64,000 bases of DNA from an uncultured delta proteobacterium (GCA_963842085.1 CAWJET010000001.1:3136001-3200000); one strand, 5' to 3'. Positions 29,328-39,517 are shown, counted from the first letter of the stretch. Program-made: numbers and translations. The notes: generated by a model not told the origin, from the letters alone.

Positions 29328-30176
29328 TCACGGTTGGGTTGGGCCGTGCGTTTGCTGCAGCCTATCAATAAGGCTGTACACGGCTCCTATAGTGGCATGG
29401 CTTGTGCCGCGGTCGCACGCCGCCTTCCGTCGCTCTGACACGGCTGGATGAATGAGATTTCTGTAGTCCTTTGCGTCGAGGCAGCGGCCGTACAGTGGGT
29501 CGCCGATTTCTTTGAGGTCAGCGGCCACATGAACATAGTCGTGAAATCTCCAAGCGCTCGCGGTCAAATCGTCCGGTGGGGCGTTGCGACGCACACTCTT
29601 TGATTGGTCGACCGTCGCCAACGCCACGCTGATATCTGAAACCGAATGCTGTTGAAGCGTCCACAAAAGGAGCGCTTCGATGATGGACCCAGAGAGAACC
29701 GTGCATGCTTTCCAATCTCCGGCATTCAGCGCGCTCTCGGCAGAAGCCAGATCGATAAGAAGCGCCTCGCGTGATTCCGCATCAGAAATGAATGTCAGCC
29801 CCTTCGTCGATTTCGATGGCGCTTGATCCGGGCACGTCGAGAGAGCGTCCTTCACAAATACCAAGCAATCTTCTTGTTCTGACTGTCCGGGAACTACAAT
29901 CATCGGCCAATTAAATCTGTCCTCATGGTCTTTTCCCCGAGCGACGGCAACTTCCAGAGCTGCGATCGCCATAGTGAACAGCCCATACCTTACCGAGTCG
30001 AACGTAAGTAAATCTTCTGGAACTCCTTCGATCATTTTCAGGATGCCGGGCACGGCGTTCATGGCGTACCAACGCATCTCATTCTTCTTCGTTCCCTGAG
30101 CGCGCCAGTTGCCCCGAGTCCACGGAAACTGTCCTTCGATAACCTTCACCACATCGCTGGGCAAAACAGCACGCAT
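29328..30176 (-). CDS. Hypothetical protein with C-terminal HEPN/DUF4145-like domain
   Basis: LASAESAL..KACTVLSGSIIEALL...KDYRNLIHP; lower GC than flanks; next to the tRNA-Met 3' end. Confidence 0.65.
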   Translation of the reverse strand: MRAVLPSDVVKVIEGQFPWTRGNWRAQGTKKNEMRWYAMNAVPGILKMIEGVPEDLLTFDSVRYGLFTMAIAALEVAVARGKDHEDRFNWPMIVVPGQSEQEDCLVFVKDALSTCPDQAPSKSTKGLTFISDAESREALLIDLASAESALNAGDWKACTVLSGSIIEALLLWTLQQHSVSDISVALATVDQSKSVRRNAPPDDLTASAWRFHDYVHVAADLKEIGDPLYGRCLDAKDYRNLIHPAVSERRKAACDRGTSHATIGAVYSLIDRLQQTHGPTQP

Positions 30177-30316
30177 TGATCTACCTCGCCCCAGTGGATA
30201 ACTCTGCGCTCTGAAACCATAGCAGATCCGTAATCCGCGGAGGCGCAGCCGCAGCCGACGTCAGATGCGAATCTTCGCGTCCTGACGCGGCCGCAATCGC
30301 GAATGAGTTTTCAGAA

Positions 30317-30393
30317 TGGTGGCGACGGTAGGAGTTGAACCTACGACACTGCGGATATGAGCCGCATGCTCTGGCCAGCTGAGCTACGTCGCC
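30317..30393 (-). tRNA. tRNA-Met(CAT), elongator type
   Basis: GGCGACGTAGCTCAGCTGG start; anticodon arm TGCGG-CTCATAT-CCGCA; G1-C72 pair; CCA end. Confidence 0.93.
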
Positions 30394-30460
30394 ACCGGGA
30401 ATCGTCAAATGTAGCGTGAGCGCGCAAGGCGCGAAAGACCGCAAACAACGAACAGTTCGT

Positions 30461-31180
30461 TCAGCGCAGCGGGATGCTGCGGGTTTTGACCGCGCGATGC
30501 CCGCGCTGGACCTGGTAGAGCACGCCCTCGTTGAACTCGACGCAGGTCAGCTTGCCGCCGTACACCAGGCCGGTGTCGATGCCCAGTTTATACGGCAGAT
30601 CGATCATCACGCCGCGCATCGGAGTATGGCCGAAGACGACGGTGGCGTCGATTTTGTGCGGATTGAAAATGAACTCCTGCCGAATCCACAGCATGTCCTC
30701 GGTCTGCTGCTCCTCGAGCTGGCGGGTCGGCATGATGCCGGCGTGGACGAACAGGTAGGGCGGTCGGAGGTAGCTGGTGGCGAGGCGATTGAGGAAGCCC
30801 AGGTGCGCGTCGGGCAGGCGCGCGAAGGCGTCCTCGAGGTCTTCCTCGTGCACGCCGTAGCTGTCGAGCGTCGCGATGCCGCCGTTGAACAGGAACGACT
30901 CGCCGTAATTTCCGGGCATGCCGAGGAACGACATCATCATGTCCTCGTGATTGCCCTTCAGGAACACGCATTCCGCATCGCCGCGTTCAAGGTCCAGCGC
31001 GAGCTCGATAACCTCGCGCGCCGACGGCCCGCGATCGACGTAATCGCCGACGAACACCACGGTGTCGCCGGCGGCGGGCGCGATCGTCTTGAGCATCGCG
31101 GCCAGTTCGTCGGGGCATCCATGGATGTCGCCGATAGCGAACAGGCGTCCTTCGGTCTTCGATTTTTTGTTGGCGGTCAT
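30461..31180 (-). CDS. Metallophosphoesterase (PPP/PphA-like Ser/Thr phosphatase)
   Basis: GDIHG, GDYVDRG, GNHE and FGHT motifs. Confidence 0.94.
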   Translation of the reverse strand: MTANKKSKTEGRLFAIGDIHGCPDELAAMLKTIAPAAGDTVVFVGDYVDRGPSAREVIELALDLERGDAECVFLKGNHEDMMMSFLGMPGNYGESFLFNGGIATLDSYGVHEEDLEDAFARLPDAHLGFLNRLATSYLRPPYLFVHAGIMPTRQLEEQQTEDMLWIRQEFIFNPHKIDATVVFGHTPMRGVMIDLPYKLGIDTGLVYGGKLTCVEFNEGVLYQVQRGHRAVKTRSIPLR

Positions 31181-31198
31181 GGAGACGCGAGGTTGATG

Positions 31199-32260
31199 TC
31201 AGTCGGCGCCCGGCTTCGAGCTGCCGTTGTGGAGCAAATCGAGCAACGACTTGCGGTCTTCAATAATACGACGTGCGGCGCTGTAAGGATTCAGCTTGCC
31301 CGCGCGAACTTCGCCGAGCACGCCCGGCGCGCCGCCGTCGGCGACGGCGCGAGCGGCGCGCTCCTCGAGTTCCGCGGACAGCACTTCGACGAACTCGCGG
31401 GTGCGGCGCTCGGACTCGCGCGCCGCGTCGACATGCTCGCGCAAGTACGCGCCGTGCCTGGCGATCGCGGCGACCGCCGCGTCAACGCCTTTGTCGATCG
31501 CGGCTTGCGTCAGCAGCACCGGCGGACGCCATCCGCCGCCCGAGCGCAGGTGCACGCTGAGTTCCAGCTCGGCCTTGACCCGGTCGGCGCCTTCGCGGTC
31601 GGCCTTGTTGACGACGAAGATGTCGGCGATTTCGTTCAACCCGGCCTTCATCGCCTGCACGCCGTCGCCGGCCTCGGGCACGGTAACGACCACCGTGGTG
31701 TCGGCCAGATCCATGATCGAAAGTTCGGTCTGTCCCACGCCGACGGTCTCGATGATTATGACGTCGGAGCCGTAAGCGTCGAGCAGTTTGACGATTTCGC
31801 GCGCGGCGCGGCTGAGTCCGCCGTGGCTGCCGCGCGATGCGAGGCTGCGGATGTATACGCCGGTGTCCTTGTAATGGTCGGTCATGCGGACGCGATCGCC
31901 GAGCACGGCGCCGCCGGAAAACGGGCTCGACGGGTCGATCGCGAGAATGGCGATGGTTTTTCCGAGCGCGCGATACTTCGCAATCAAGCGATTGACCAGC
32001 GTCGATTTTCCGGCGCCCGGCGGCCCGGTTATTCCGACCACCTGCGCGCGGCCGGTTTTCGGGTAGATTCGCTCGATGATCGCGCTCGACTCGGGCGCAC
32101 GATTCTCGACCATCGTGATCAGCTGGGCGAGCGCGCGCATCTCGCCCGCCTCGAAGCGCCTGAGCAGGGCGTCCAGCCGCGCGCCTTTGGCCTTGGAGTT
32201 CGCGGCCGGCGCGGCCGGATGATGTGGGGATTCAGCAGGCATACGAGGTTGTTCAGTCAT
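31199..32260 (-). CDS. meaB: Methylmalonyl-CoA mutase-associated GTPase MeaB/ArgK
   Basis: GPPGAGKST, DPSSPFSGGAVLGDRVRM, ETVGVGQ and NKAD motifs. Confidence 0.95.
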   Translation of the reverse strand: MTEQPRMPAESPHHPAAPAANSKAKGARLDALLRRFEAGEMRALAQLITMVENRAPESSAIIERIYPKTGRAQVVGITGPPGAGKSTLVNRLIAKYRALGKTIAILAIDPSSPFSGGAVLGDRVRMTDHYKDTGVYIRSLASRGSHGGLSRAAREIVKLLDAYGSDVIIIETVGVGQTELSIMDLADTTVVVTVPEAGDGVQAMKAGLNEIADIFVVNKADREGADRVKAELELSVHLRSGGGWRPPVLLTQAAIDKGVDAAVAAIARHGAYLREHVDAARESERRTREFVEVLSAELEERAARAVADGGAPGVLGEVRAGKLNPYSAARRIIEDRKSLLDLLHNGSSKPGAD

Positions 32261-32367
32261 GATAGCGGCTTGCGATCGGACGGCGCAACAAAACCCTGCG
32301 CCGGTGAATAAATCGCGCGACGCGGCATTGTTTTCCCTGCACGAGCGCCCTAGTCTCGGATCTCGGA

Positions 32368-32793
32368 ATGAAGCTTCCTGACATCTATACCGACTGGAAA
32401 ATCGTGATCGGCCTGGGGCTTATCCTGCTGGGCGCCGCCAACTGGATCATCGGGGTGGAACGGACGCAGATTTACAGCCGCATAATCGTCGCGCACGAGC
32501 AGCAACCGGCCGCCGCCGCGACGGACTATCGGAGTTTCGACGAACTCGATGCGGGTGCGGGGGGCGCGGTGCTCGAACCGCTCACGGCCGAGCAGCGGCA
32601 GGCTTCGTACGCGACGGCGCGGATGGATTTTTATCACGCTGCGTTCCTGGCGGGTCGCGCGATGGTGTTGCTCGGGTTGCTGCTCACTTTGTTGGGCTTT
32701 ATCAGCGTGATTCAGCAGGACTCCCGCCGCGCGTTTCGCCGTCCCGAGGAAGACGCTCCGCTGCCGCGCGGATTGCCGCGGGCGCCTCAATAG
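32368..32793 (+). CDS. Hypothetical membrane protein (2 TM helices)
   Basis: Hydrophobic segments at both ends; directly upstream of ispE. Confidence 0.7.
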   Translation: MKLPDIYTDWKIVIGLGLILLGAANWIIGVERTQIYSRIIVAHEQQPAAAATDYRSFDELDAGAGGAVLEPLTAEQRQASYATARMDFYHAAFLAGRAMVLLGLLLTLLGFISVIQQDSRRAFRRPEEDAPLPRGLPRAPQ

Positions 32794-32803
32794 AATTTCC
32801 ACA

Positions 32804-33697
32804 ATGGCAACGGAGCTATGCGGGCGCGCGTGCGCGAAGATCAATTTGTTCCTGCGCGTGACCGGGCGCCGCGCCGACGGCTATCACGAACTCGACTCGG
32901 TGTTTATCCCGATCTCGCTCGCCGACGAAATCCGCGTCGAAGTCCGCTCTGCGGCTGAATCTTCGGTCGCCGTCAAATGCAACATCCAGGAACTCGCGAG
33001 GAGCCAGAACAACCTGGCGGCGCGGGCTGCGCGCGCATTCTTGAGCGAATTCGATTTGATCGGCGAAGTGTTGATCGACCTGGAGAAACACATCCCGGTC
33101 GGCGCCGGCCTCGGCGGCGGCTCGAGCGACGCCGCCACGGTCTTGTACATGATGGCGGCAGCAGCGCAGCTCAACGACGAAACCGCGGCGAGCAGGCTGC
33201 GTCGAATCGCGCCGTCGCTCGGCGCCGACGTGCCATTTTTTCTCGATCCGCGCCCGTCGCGGGTGACGGGAATCGGCGAGCGAATCGTCGCGATCGAAGG
33301 CGTCCCGCGTATGCCCATAGTGATCGCAGTGCCGCCGTTCGAGGTTTCGACCGCCGCGATCTTTCGCGCGCTCGAGCCCGCGGGTTGGAGCGGCGCTGCG
33401 CCGGACGCGCATATCGAAGCGATCGCGCGCGGCGACATCTCGCCGGAGTTGGCGGTAAACGATCTGGCGGCGGTGGCGATCGCGCAATTTCCGGAGATTC
33501 GCCGCCTTAAAGGATTACTTGAGAATTCTGGCGCGCGCACGGCGCAGATGTCCGGCAGCGGCGGCGCGGTGTTTGGCGTGTTCGATTCGATCGACGAGGC
33601 CGAGAGTGTGGCGGCAAAAATCGCGCGGCGTGCGCCGTTCGCGACGGTGATTGCGGCCACCACGCTCGATGGCGAACCCGATGACGAAGTAGCCTGA
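32804..33697 (+). CDS. ispE: 4-diphosphocytidyl-2C-methyl-D-erythritol kinase
   Basis: AKINLFL..R.DGYHEL; IPVGAGLGGGSSDAA; MSGSG. Confidence 0.97.
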   Translation: MATELCGRACAKINLFLRVTGRRADGYHELDSVFIPISLADEIRVEVRSAAESSVAVKCNIQELARSQNNLAARAARAFLSEFDLIGEVLIDLEKHIPVGAGLGGGSSDAATVLYMMAAAAQLNDETAASRLRRIAPSLGADVPFFLDPRPSRVTGIGERIVAIEGVPRMPIVIAVPPFEVSTAAIFRALEPAGWSGAAPDAHIEAIARGDISPELAVNDLAAVAIAQFPEIRRLKGLLENSGARTAQMSGSGGAVFGVFDSIDEAESVAAKIARRAPFATVIAATTLDGEPDDEVA

Positions 33698-33743
33698 AAT
33701 CTGCAAACGCGACGGGGCTGTGCAAGATTGCGGAAGCGGCGGA

Positions 33744-33772
33744 TTGACAGCGAAAAACCGCATCAATAACAT
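33744..33772 (+). promoter_or_regulatory. Sigma70 promoter for tRNA-Gln-prs-rplY
   Basis: TTGACA-N17-TAACAT. Confidence 0.65.
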
Positions 33773-33979
33773 CGCAATTCCTGCGCACCGGCTGCTAAAC
33801 TCGAAAGTCCGGGCAGGTCCGCTACGACACTCGAGCGGTGCAGTGTCGCGACGGTTCGGTCCGTAAAGATTGGATTGCTCGATTCGCCGGCTGAACGCCC
33901 CACATGGCGTTTCGCCGGTTGTCAGTTTTGACGGGTCGATTGGGAGACGCGGGCCCTGAGCCTTTGAATCCAAATGCGC

Positions 33980-34055
33980 TGGGCGGTCGCCAAGCTGGTA
34001 AGGCACCAGGCTTTGGACCTGGCATTCGAAGGTTCGAATCCTTCCCGCCCAGCCA
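33980..34055 (+). tRNA. tRNA-Gln(TTG)
   Basis: Anticodon arm CCAGG-CTTTGGA-CCTGG; canonical ispE-tRNA-Gln-prs synteny. Confidence 0.97.
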
Positions 34056-34118
34056 AGCTGACGGTGATTTGCGACAATTGAAGAATCGCATGACGATCGC
34101 GACGCAAGGAAATTAAAG

Positions 34119-35078
34119 ATGTCGGACAGGGTCAAGGACCAACTCGAAGTTTTCACCGGGAACTCCAATCCCGAGCTGGCGCGCGAGGTGACTCAGCATC
34201 TCGGCGTGAAGATGGGTGAAGCCGAGGTTGGCCGCTTTCCCGACGGCGAAGTGATGATCGAGATCCGCGAGAACGTGCGCGGCGGCGATTGCTTCATCAT
34301 CCAATCGATATGCACTCCGCCCAACGAGAACCTGATGGAGCTGCTCCTGCTCACCGATGCGCTGCGGCGCGCGTCGGCCGGGCGTATCACGGCGGTGATC
34401 CCGTACTTCGGCTACTCGCGGCAGGATCGCAAGGTCGCGCCGCGCGTGCCGATCAGCGCAAAGCTGGTAGCCGACCTGATCACGACGGCCGGCGTGAATC
34501 GCGTGCTGACGGTGGACCTCCACGCCGGGCAGATCCAGGGCTTCTTCAACATCCCGGTGGATAATCTGTACGCGATGCCGGTGTTGATTACCTACCTGCG
34601 CAAGCGAATCGACGGCAAGAAGGTTTCGGTGGTGTCGCCCGACGCGGGCGGGGTCGAACGCGCGCGCGCCTACGCGCGGCGGCTCAACGCGAACCTCGCG
34701 ATCATCGACAAGCGGCGCCGGCGTGCGAGCGAAGTCGCCGAGATGCAGCTGGTCGGCGAAGTGAAGGACTCGATCGCGCTGCTGGTCGACGACATGATCG
34801 ATACCGCCGGCACCATCACCGAGGCGGCCAAGGTCGTCGTCAACGCCGGCGCGACGGAAGTGATCGCGGTCGCGACGCATCCGATACTGTCGGATCCGGC
34901 GTGCGATCGCCTGAACAAATCGAACATCACAGAAATTGTTACGACCAACACGATTCCGCTGCGCGCCAAGGCCCAGGCCGAGCTCACCAAGCTGCACGGG
35001 CTGTCGGTCGCGAGCCTGCTGGCGGAAGCGATGAAGCGAATTCATAATGAGGAGTCGGTAAGCTCGCTCTTTTCATGA
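34119..35078 (+). CDS. prs: Ribose-phosphate pyrophosphokinase
   Basis: FPDGE, YSRQDRK, DLHAGQIQGFF and VDDMIDTAGT motifs. Confidence 0.98.
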   Translation: MSDRVKDQLEVFTGNSNPELAREVTQHLGVKMGEAEVGRFPDGEVMIEIRENVRGGDCFIIQSICTPPNENLMELLLLTDALRRASAGRITAVIPYFGYSRQDRKVAPRVPISAKLVADLITTAGVNRVLTVDLHAGQIQGFFNIPVDNLYAMPVLITYLRKRIDGKKVSVVSPDAGGVERARAYARRLNANLAIIDKRRRRASEVAEMQLVGEVKDSIALLVDDMIDTAGTITEAAKVVVNAGATEVIAVATHPILSDPACDRLNKSNITEIVTTNTIPLRAKAQAELTKLHGLSVASLLAEAMKRIHNEESVSSLFS

Positions 35079-35105
35079 GCGCGCGAACCATCAAGCGAGG
35101 ACACA

Positions 35106-35840
35106 ATGGAGACCGGTGAACTAGCCTGCGAGAAACGAGCGACCCGACCCAAGGGTCGCAACAACGCGCTGCGGCGCAATGGCCGCGTACCCGCGATATT
35201 GTACGGACCCAAGACTGCGCCGACGGCGCTGGCGATCGATCGTCTGGAATTGAAGGCCAGGATTTCGGCGGCCGCGCACACCCGTATCATCAGGCTCAAG
35301 TCGAGCACCGCGGAACTCGACGGCAAGCACGTGATCTTCAAGGATGTGCAGCGCGCGCCGGTGTCGGGCGAAATCCTGCACGCGGATCTGTACGAGGTCG
35401 ATCTCAACCGGCCGATTCGCGTCGAAGTGGCGTTCAAGTTCAACGGCAAGGCCAAGGGCGTCGCCAACGGCGGAATCCTGGCGCCGCTCGAGCGCACCGC
35501 GACGGTCGAGTGCCTGCCGCTGGAAATTCCCGATTCGATCGAGGTTGACGTATCCGACGTCGATATTCACGACGTCATTCACGTGTCGGCGGTCAAGTTC
35601 CCCGACAAGGTAAGGGCGATCTTCGATACCGACTATCCAGTGGTCACCGTGCTGCCGCCGACCGTTGCGGAAGTCGCTGTCGTTGCGGCTGCGGAGCCGG
35701 TCGAAGGCGCGGTTGTCGAAGGTGCTGCGCCTGCGGAAGGCGCCGCCGCGGCCGCTCCCGCCGAGGGCGCGCCGGCCAAAGAAGGTGGCGACAAGGACAA
35801 GGCTGCCAAGAAGCCAGAGGCGGCCGAAAAGAAGAAGTAG
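35106..35840 (+). CDS. rplY: 50S ribosomal protein bL25/Ctc
   Basis: LRRNGRVPAILYG; ILHADLY; CLPLEIPDSIEVDV. Confidence 0.96.
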   Translation: METGELACEKRATRPKGRNNALRRNGRVPAILYGPKTAPTALAIDRLELKARISAAAHTRIIRLKSSTAELDGKHVIFKDVQRAPVSGEILHADLYEVDLNRPIRVEVAFKFNGKAKGVANGGILAPLERTATVECLPLEIPDSIEVDVSDVDIHDVIHVSAVKFPDKVRAIFDTDYPVVTVLPPTVAEVAVVAAAEPVEGAVVEGAAPAEGAAAAAPAEGAPAKEGGDKDKAAKKPEAAEKKK

Positions 35841-35975
35841 TAGAGTTTTCGTTTTTCGTTGTGCTCGCGCGCGTCGCCATGCAATCGCCGGCCGGCGACG
35901 CGCGCGGGCAATATAGATGTGAGGGGAACGGGCGGGCAGTGCAGCTGCAAGTCCGGTGCAGGAGGAGGGGCCGCT

Positions 35976-38900
35976 ATGAGTTTCGTCCATCTTCACGTCC
36001 ACACGCAGTACAGCCTCCTCGACGGCGCCAACAAAATCGGGCCGCTCATCGACCACGCCAAGGCGTCGGGGATGGAAGCGATCGCGATGACCGACCACGG
36101 CAACATGTTCGGCGCGGTCGAGTTCTATCAGAAGGCGAGGGCGGCTGGGGTCAAACCGATCATCGGATGCGAGGTCTACCTTGCGCCGGGCAAGCGCACC
36201 GACCGCACGCAGGTTCCACGCAGTGACGACTTCGACGGCGGCGGCAATTTTCACCTGATACTGCTCGCGCAGAATCGCGAAGGTTACCGCAATCTGTGCA
36301 AGCTGCTCACGACCGCGTACCAGGACGGTCTCTACTACAAACCGCGCATCGACAAGGAAGTCCTCGGCGAGCTGTCCGGCGGCTTGATCGTGCTGTCAGG
36401 ATGCCTGTCGGGTGAGCTCGCGCGATGGCTGCGGCAGGATCGCATGGACAAGGCGCGCGAGACGGCCGAGTCGTACGCGATGATGTTTCCCGGCCGCTAC
36501 TATCTCGAACTCCAGGACAACAAACTGCATTCGCCGTACAACGAGGCGCTGCGAGAGATCGGCAAGCAGGTCGGGCTGCCGCTGGTGGCGACCAACGACT
36601 GCCACTACCTGCATCGCGACGACGCCAAGGCGCACGAGGTCCTGCTGTGCATCCAGACCGGCAAGACGATGGCCGACGAGACGCGATGGCGCTTCGACAC
36701 CGACGAACTTTACGTCAAGACGCCCGACGAGATGGCGAGCGCATTCGGCGCCGACTCCGAAGAGCTGCGCAACAGCGTGGAGATAGCGCGGCGAATCGAT
36801 TTCGAGTTCGAATTCGGCAAGTTTCATTTTCCTGTTTACAAATCGGGTCCGGGCGTCGACCTCGACGCCGAGATGGAGACACGGGCGCGCGACGGGTTGA
36901 CCGCGCGGCTGGCGGAGATTCGCGCGCGGCGTGCCGACGTCGACGAGTCGCAGTACCAGGAGCGAATCGATCGCGAGCTCCCGGTCATCCGCGACATGGG
37001 CTTCTCGGGCTACATGCTGATCGTCGCCGATTTCACTGGCTACGCGCGCGGGCTTGGAATTCCGGTAGGTCCGGGCCGCGGCTCGGTGGTCGGCAGCCTG
37101 GTTTCGTACGCGCTGGGAATCACCGAGGTCGATCCGGTCGAGCATCGGCTGCTGTTCGAGCGATGGCTCAACCCGGGGCGCAAGTCGATGCCGGATATCG
37201 ACGTGGATTTTTGCTTCGAGCGGCGCGACGAGGTGCTTGAGTACGTGCGCAAGAAGTATGGCGACGATCGCGTCGCGCAGATAATCACGTTCGGCACGAT
37301 CAAGGGCAAGCAGGCGATCCGCGACGTCGGCCGCGTGCTCGGGCTGTCGTTCGCCGAGACCGACAAGATCGTCAAGCTGTATCCGGCGCCCAAGCAGGGC
37401 CGCGATTTTCCGCTGGCCGACGCGCTCGAGATGGAGCCGCGGCTCAAGGCCGAGCGCAAACTGCATCCCGATCTTTTCAACTACGCGTTCAAGCTCGAAG
37501 GCCTGCTGCGCCACGCGTCGCGCCATGCGGCGGGCGTCGTCATTTCCGATCAGCCGCTCACCGACCTGGTGCCGTTGTACGTCGACAAGGAGCGCGACGA
37601 GGCGGCGCTTTCGATCACGCAGTATTCGATGAAGGGCGTCGAAGAGATCGGCCTTATCAAGTTCGACTTCCTGGCGCTCAAGAACCTGACGCTGATCACC
37701 GACACGCTTGCGCTGATCAAGGCCGGCGGTAAGGAGGCGCCCGACCTGAACCGCCTGCGGCTCGACGACGCCGACACTTACAGGATGCTCTCGCGCGGCG
37801 ACACGGTAGGAGTGTTCCAGCTCGAAAGCTCGGGCATGCGCCGGTTCATCACCGAGCTCAAGCCGACCTGCTTCGACGACGTGATCGCGGCAGGCTCGTT
37901 GTTTCGTCCCGGCCCGCTAGACGCGATCCAGGACGGCAAGACGATGGTCCAGCATTACGTCGATCGCAAGCACGGCAAGGAGCCGGTCGAGTACGATCAT
38001 CCGCTGCTGGAGCCGGTGCTGCGCGATACCTATGGCGTGATCGTGTACCAGGAGCAGGTGATGCGCGCGGCGCAGGCGCTGGCGGGATATTCGCTCGAGC
38101 AGGCCGACATCCTGCGCGCGGCGATGGGCAAGAAGAACCACGCCGTGATGGAAAAAGAGCGTGTGCGGTTTATCGACGGCGCGAAGAAAAACGGCGTCAA
38201 CCCCACGCTCGCCACTTCGATCTTCGAGAAGATCGAAACCTTCGCGTCGTACGGATTCAACCGGTCGCACGCCGCCGCGTATGCGCTGACCACCTACACG
38301 ACCGCATACTTGAAGGCGCACCATCCGCACGAGTTCATGGCGGCGCTGATGTCGCTCGACATGGACGACGTCGACAAGACCTACAAGAATATCGCGGCGC
38401 TGCGCGACATGAAGATTGCGATCCTGCCGCCGGACGTGAACCAGAGCCGGGTGAAATTCACGGTCACGGACGGCGCGATTCGCTTCGGCCTGGCCGCGAT
38501 TCGCGGCGTTGGCAGCAAGCCGGCGGAGGCAATTATCGCGGAGCGCGAGGCCAACGGCCCGTTCGAGAGCATGGCCGATTTCTGCATGCGCGTTGGCGCG
38601 CAACTGATCAGCCGCCGCGTGCTCGACGCATTGATCAAGTGCGGCGCGTTCGATTCTGTGAGCGCAGTGCGTGCTGCGCTGATGGCTGAGGCTGAGCAGG
38701 CAATCAAACTCGCGCAGAAGGCGCAGAGCGATGCCGAGAAAAATCAGATTGGCCTGTTCGGCGGCGCGGTCAAGGTACCCAAGCTGGCGGCGCGCGAGCC
38801 GATCCCCGAATGGGACGCCAGGGAGAAGCTTAAATTCGAAAAAGAAGCGCTCGGCTTCTACATCACGGCTCATCCGCTGGACAAGTACGAACGCGAACTC

Positions 38901-39449
38901 GCGCGAATCAGCAAGCTGACGACCGCCGACCTTTCTTCCGCTCCCGACGGTAGCCCGGTGCAGATTGCCGGCGTGATCCACGCGGTCAAACTGAAGAACA
39001 ACAAGTCGGGCAAGCGCTACGCGACTTTCTCGCTCGAGGATCGCGAAGGCGCGGTCGAGGCGATCGCATGGTCGGAGACCTACCAGAAGTTCGAGGCGAT
39101 CATCATGGGCGACGAGCCGGTGGTCGCGCGCGGCAAGCTGGACGTTGACGACGAGCGCGCGCAGATTATTTTAGAAAACTTGACGCCTCTCGATTCTGCT
39201 CTGCTCGACTCGATTCGCGAGGTGCGGATCACGGCGCCGATGAAACGTCTGGAGAACGGCGGCCTCGACGCGCTGAAGGCGATGCTCGCGCGGTATCGCG
39301 GCAAGTCGATGACGTACCTGCATCTCGGCCTCGACGACGGCCGCGAGGCGGTGATGCTGCTGGGCGACAGCTATCGGGTGACACCGACGGAGACGTTCGT
39401 CGCCGAGGTGGAGGAGATCTTGGCGCCCGGTGCGGTGGAGTTGAGATAG
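35976..39449 (+). CDS. dnaE: DNA polymerase III alpha subunit
   Basis: PHP domain HLHVHTQYSLLDG; GPGRGS; MPDIDVDF; YGFNRSH; OB fold; ATG after GGAGGAGG. Confidence 0.98.
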   Translation: MSFVHLHVHTQYSLLDGANKIGPLIDHAKASGMEAIAMTDHGNMFGAVEFYQKARAAGVKPIIGCEVYLAPGKRTDRTQVPRSDDFDGGGNFHLILLAQNREGYRNLCKLLTTAYQDGLYYKPRIDKEVLGELSGGLIVLSGCLSGELARWLRQDRMDKARETAESYAMMFPGRYYLELQDNKLHSPYNEALREIGKQVGLPLVATNDCHYLHRDDAKAHEVLLCIQTGKTMADETRWRFDTDELYVKTPDEMASAFGADSEELRNSVEIARRIDFEFEFGKFHFPVYKSGPGVDLDAEMETRARDGLTARLAEIRARRADVDESQYQERIDRELPVIRDMGFSGYMLIVADFTGYARGLGIPVGPGRGSVVGSLVSYALGITEVDPVEHRLLFERWLNPGRKSMPDIDVDFCFERRDEVLEYVRKKYGDDRVAQIITFGTIKGKQAIRDVGRVLGLSFAETDKIVKLYPAPKQGRDFPLADALEMEPRLKAERKLHPDLFNYAFKLEGLLRHASRHAAGVVISDQPLTDLVPLYVDKERDEAALSITQYSMKGVEEIGLIKFDFLALKNLTLITDTLALIKAGGKEAPDLNRLRLDDADTYRMLSRGDTVGVFQLESSGMRRFITELKPTCFDDVIAAGSLFRPGPLDAIQDGKTMVQHYVDRKHGKEPVEYDHPLLEPVLRDTYGVIVYQEQVMRAAQALAGYSLEQADILRAAMGKKNHAVMEKERVRFIDGAKKNGVNPTLATSIFEKIETFASYGFNRSHAAAYALTTYTTAYLKAHHPHEFMAALMSLDMDDVDKTYKNIAALRDMKIAILPPDVNQSRVKFTVTDGAIRFGLAAIRGVGSKPAEAIIAEREANGPFESMADFCMRVGAQLISRRVLDALIKCGAFDSVSAVRAALMAEAEQAIKLAQKAQSDAEKNQIGLFGGAVKVPKLAAREPIPEWDAREKLKFEKEALGFYITAHPLDKYERELARISKLTTADLSSAPDGSPVQIAGVIHAVKLKNNKSGKRYATFSLEDREGAVEAIAWSETYQKFEAIIMGDEPVVARGKLDVDDERAQIILENLTPLDSALLDSIREVRITAPMKRLENGGLDALKAMLARYRGKSMTYLHLGLDDGREAVMLLGDSYRVTPTETFVAEVEEILAPGAVELR

Positions 39450-39493
39450 GACGGGATTCAGTTGATCTAATGTGAAACCGACCGTGGGTTTCA

Positions 39494-39517
39494 GCAGGGT
39501 GACCCCCGCACCCAATG
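39494..39517 (+). repeat. Short REP-like palindrome, copy 1
   Basis: GCAGGGTGACCCCCGCACCCAATG, near-identical to 41587-41611. Confidence 0.5.

Noticed and set aside
29232-29438. 68-aa ORF convergent on the HEPN-like gene as a possible antitoxin
   Set aside because: Half overlaps the HEPN gene antisense, with no RBS or motif support
30416-32311. 631-aa plus-strand ORF
   Set aside because: Antisense shadow of the phosphatase and meaB; typical high-GC artefact with no motifs
33803-33814. GAAAGTCCGGGC resembling the RNase P RNA P4 motif
   Set aside because: Lacks the preceding GAG and the 3' ACAGAA..GGCTTA partner, and the available space is too short
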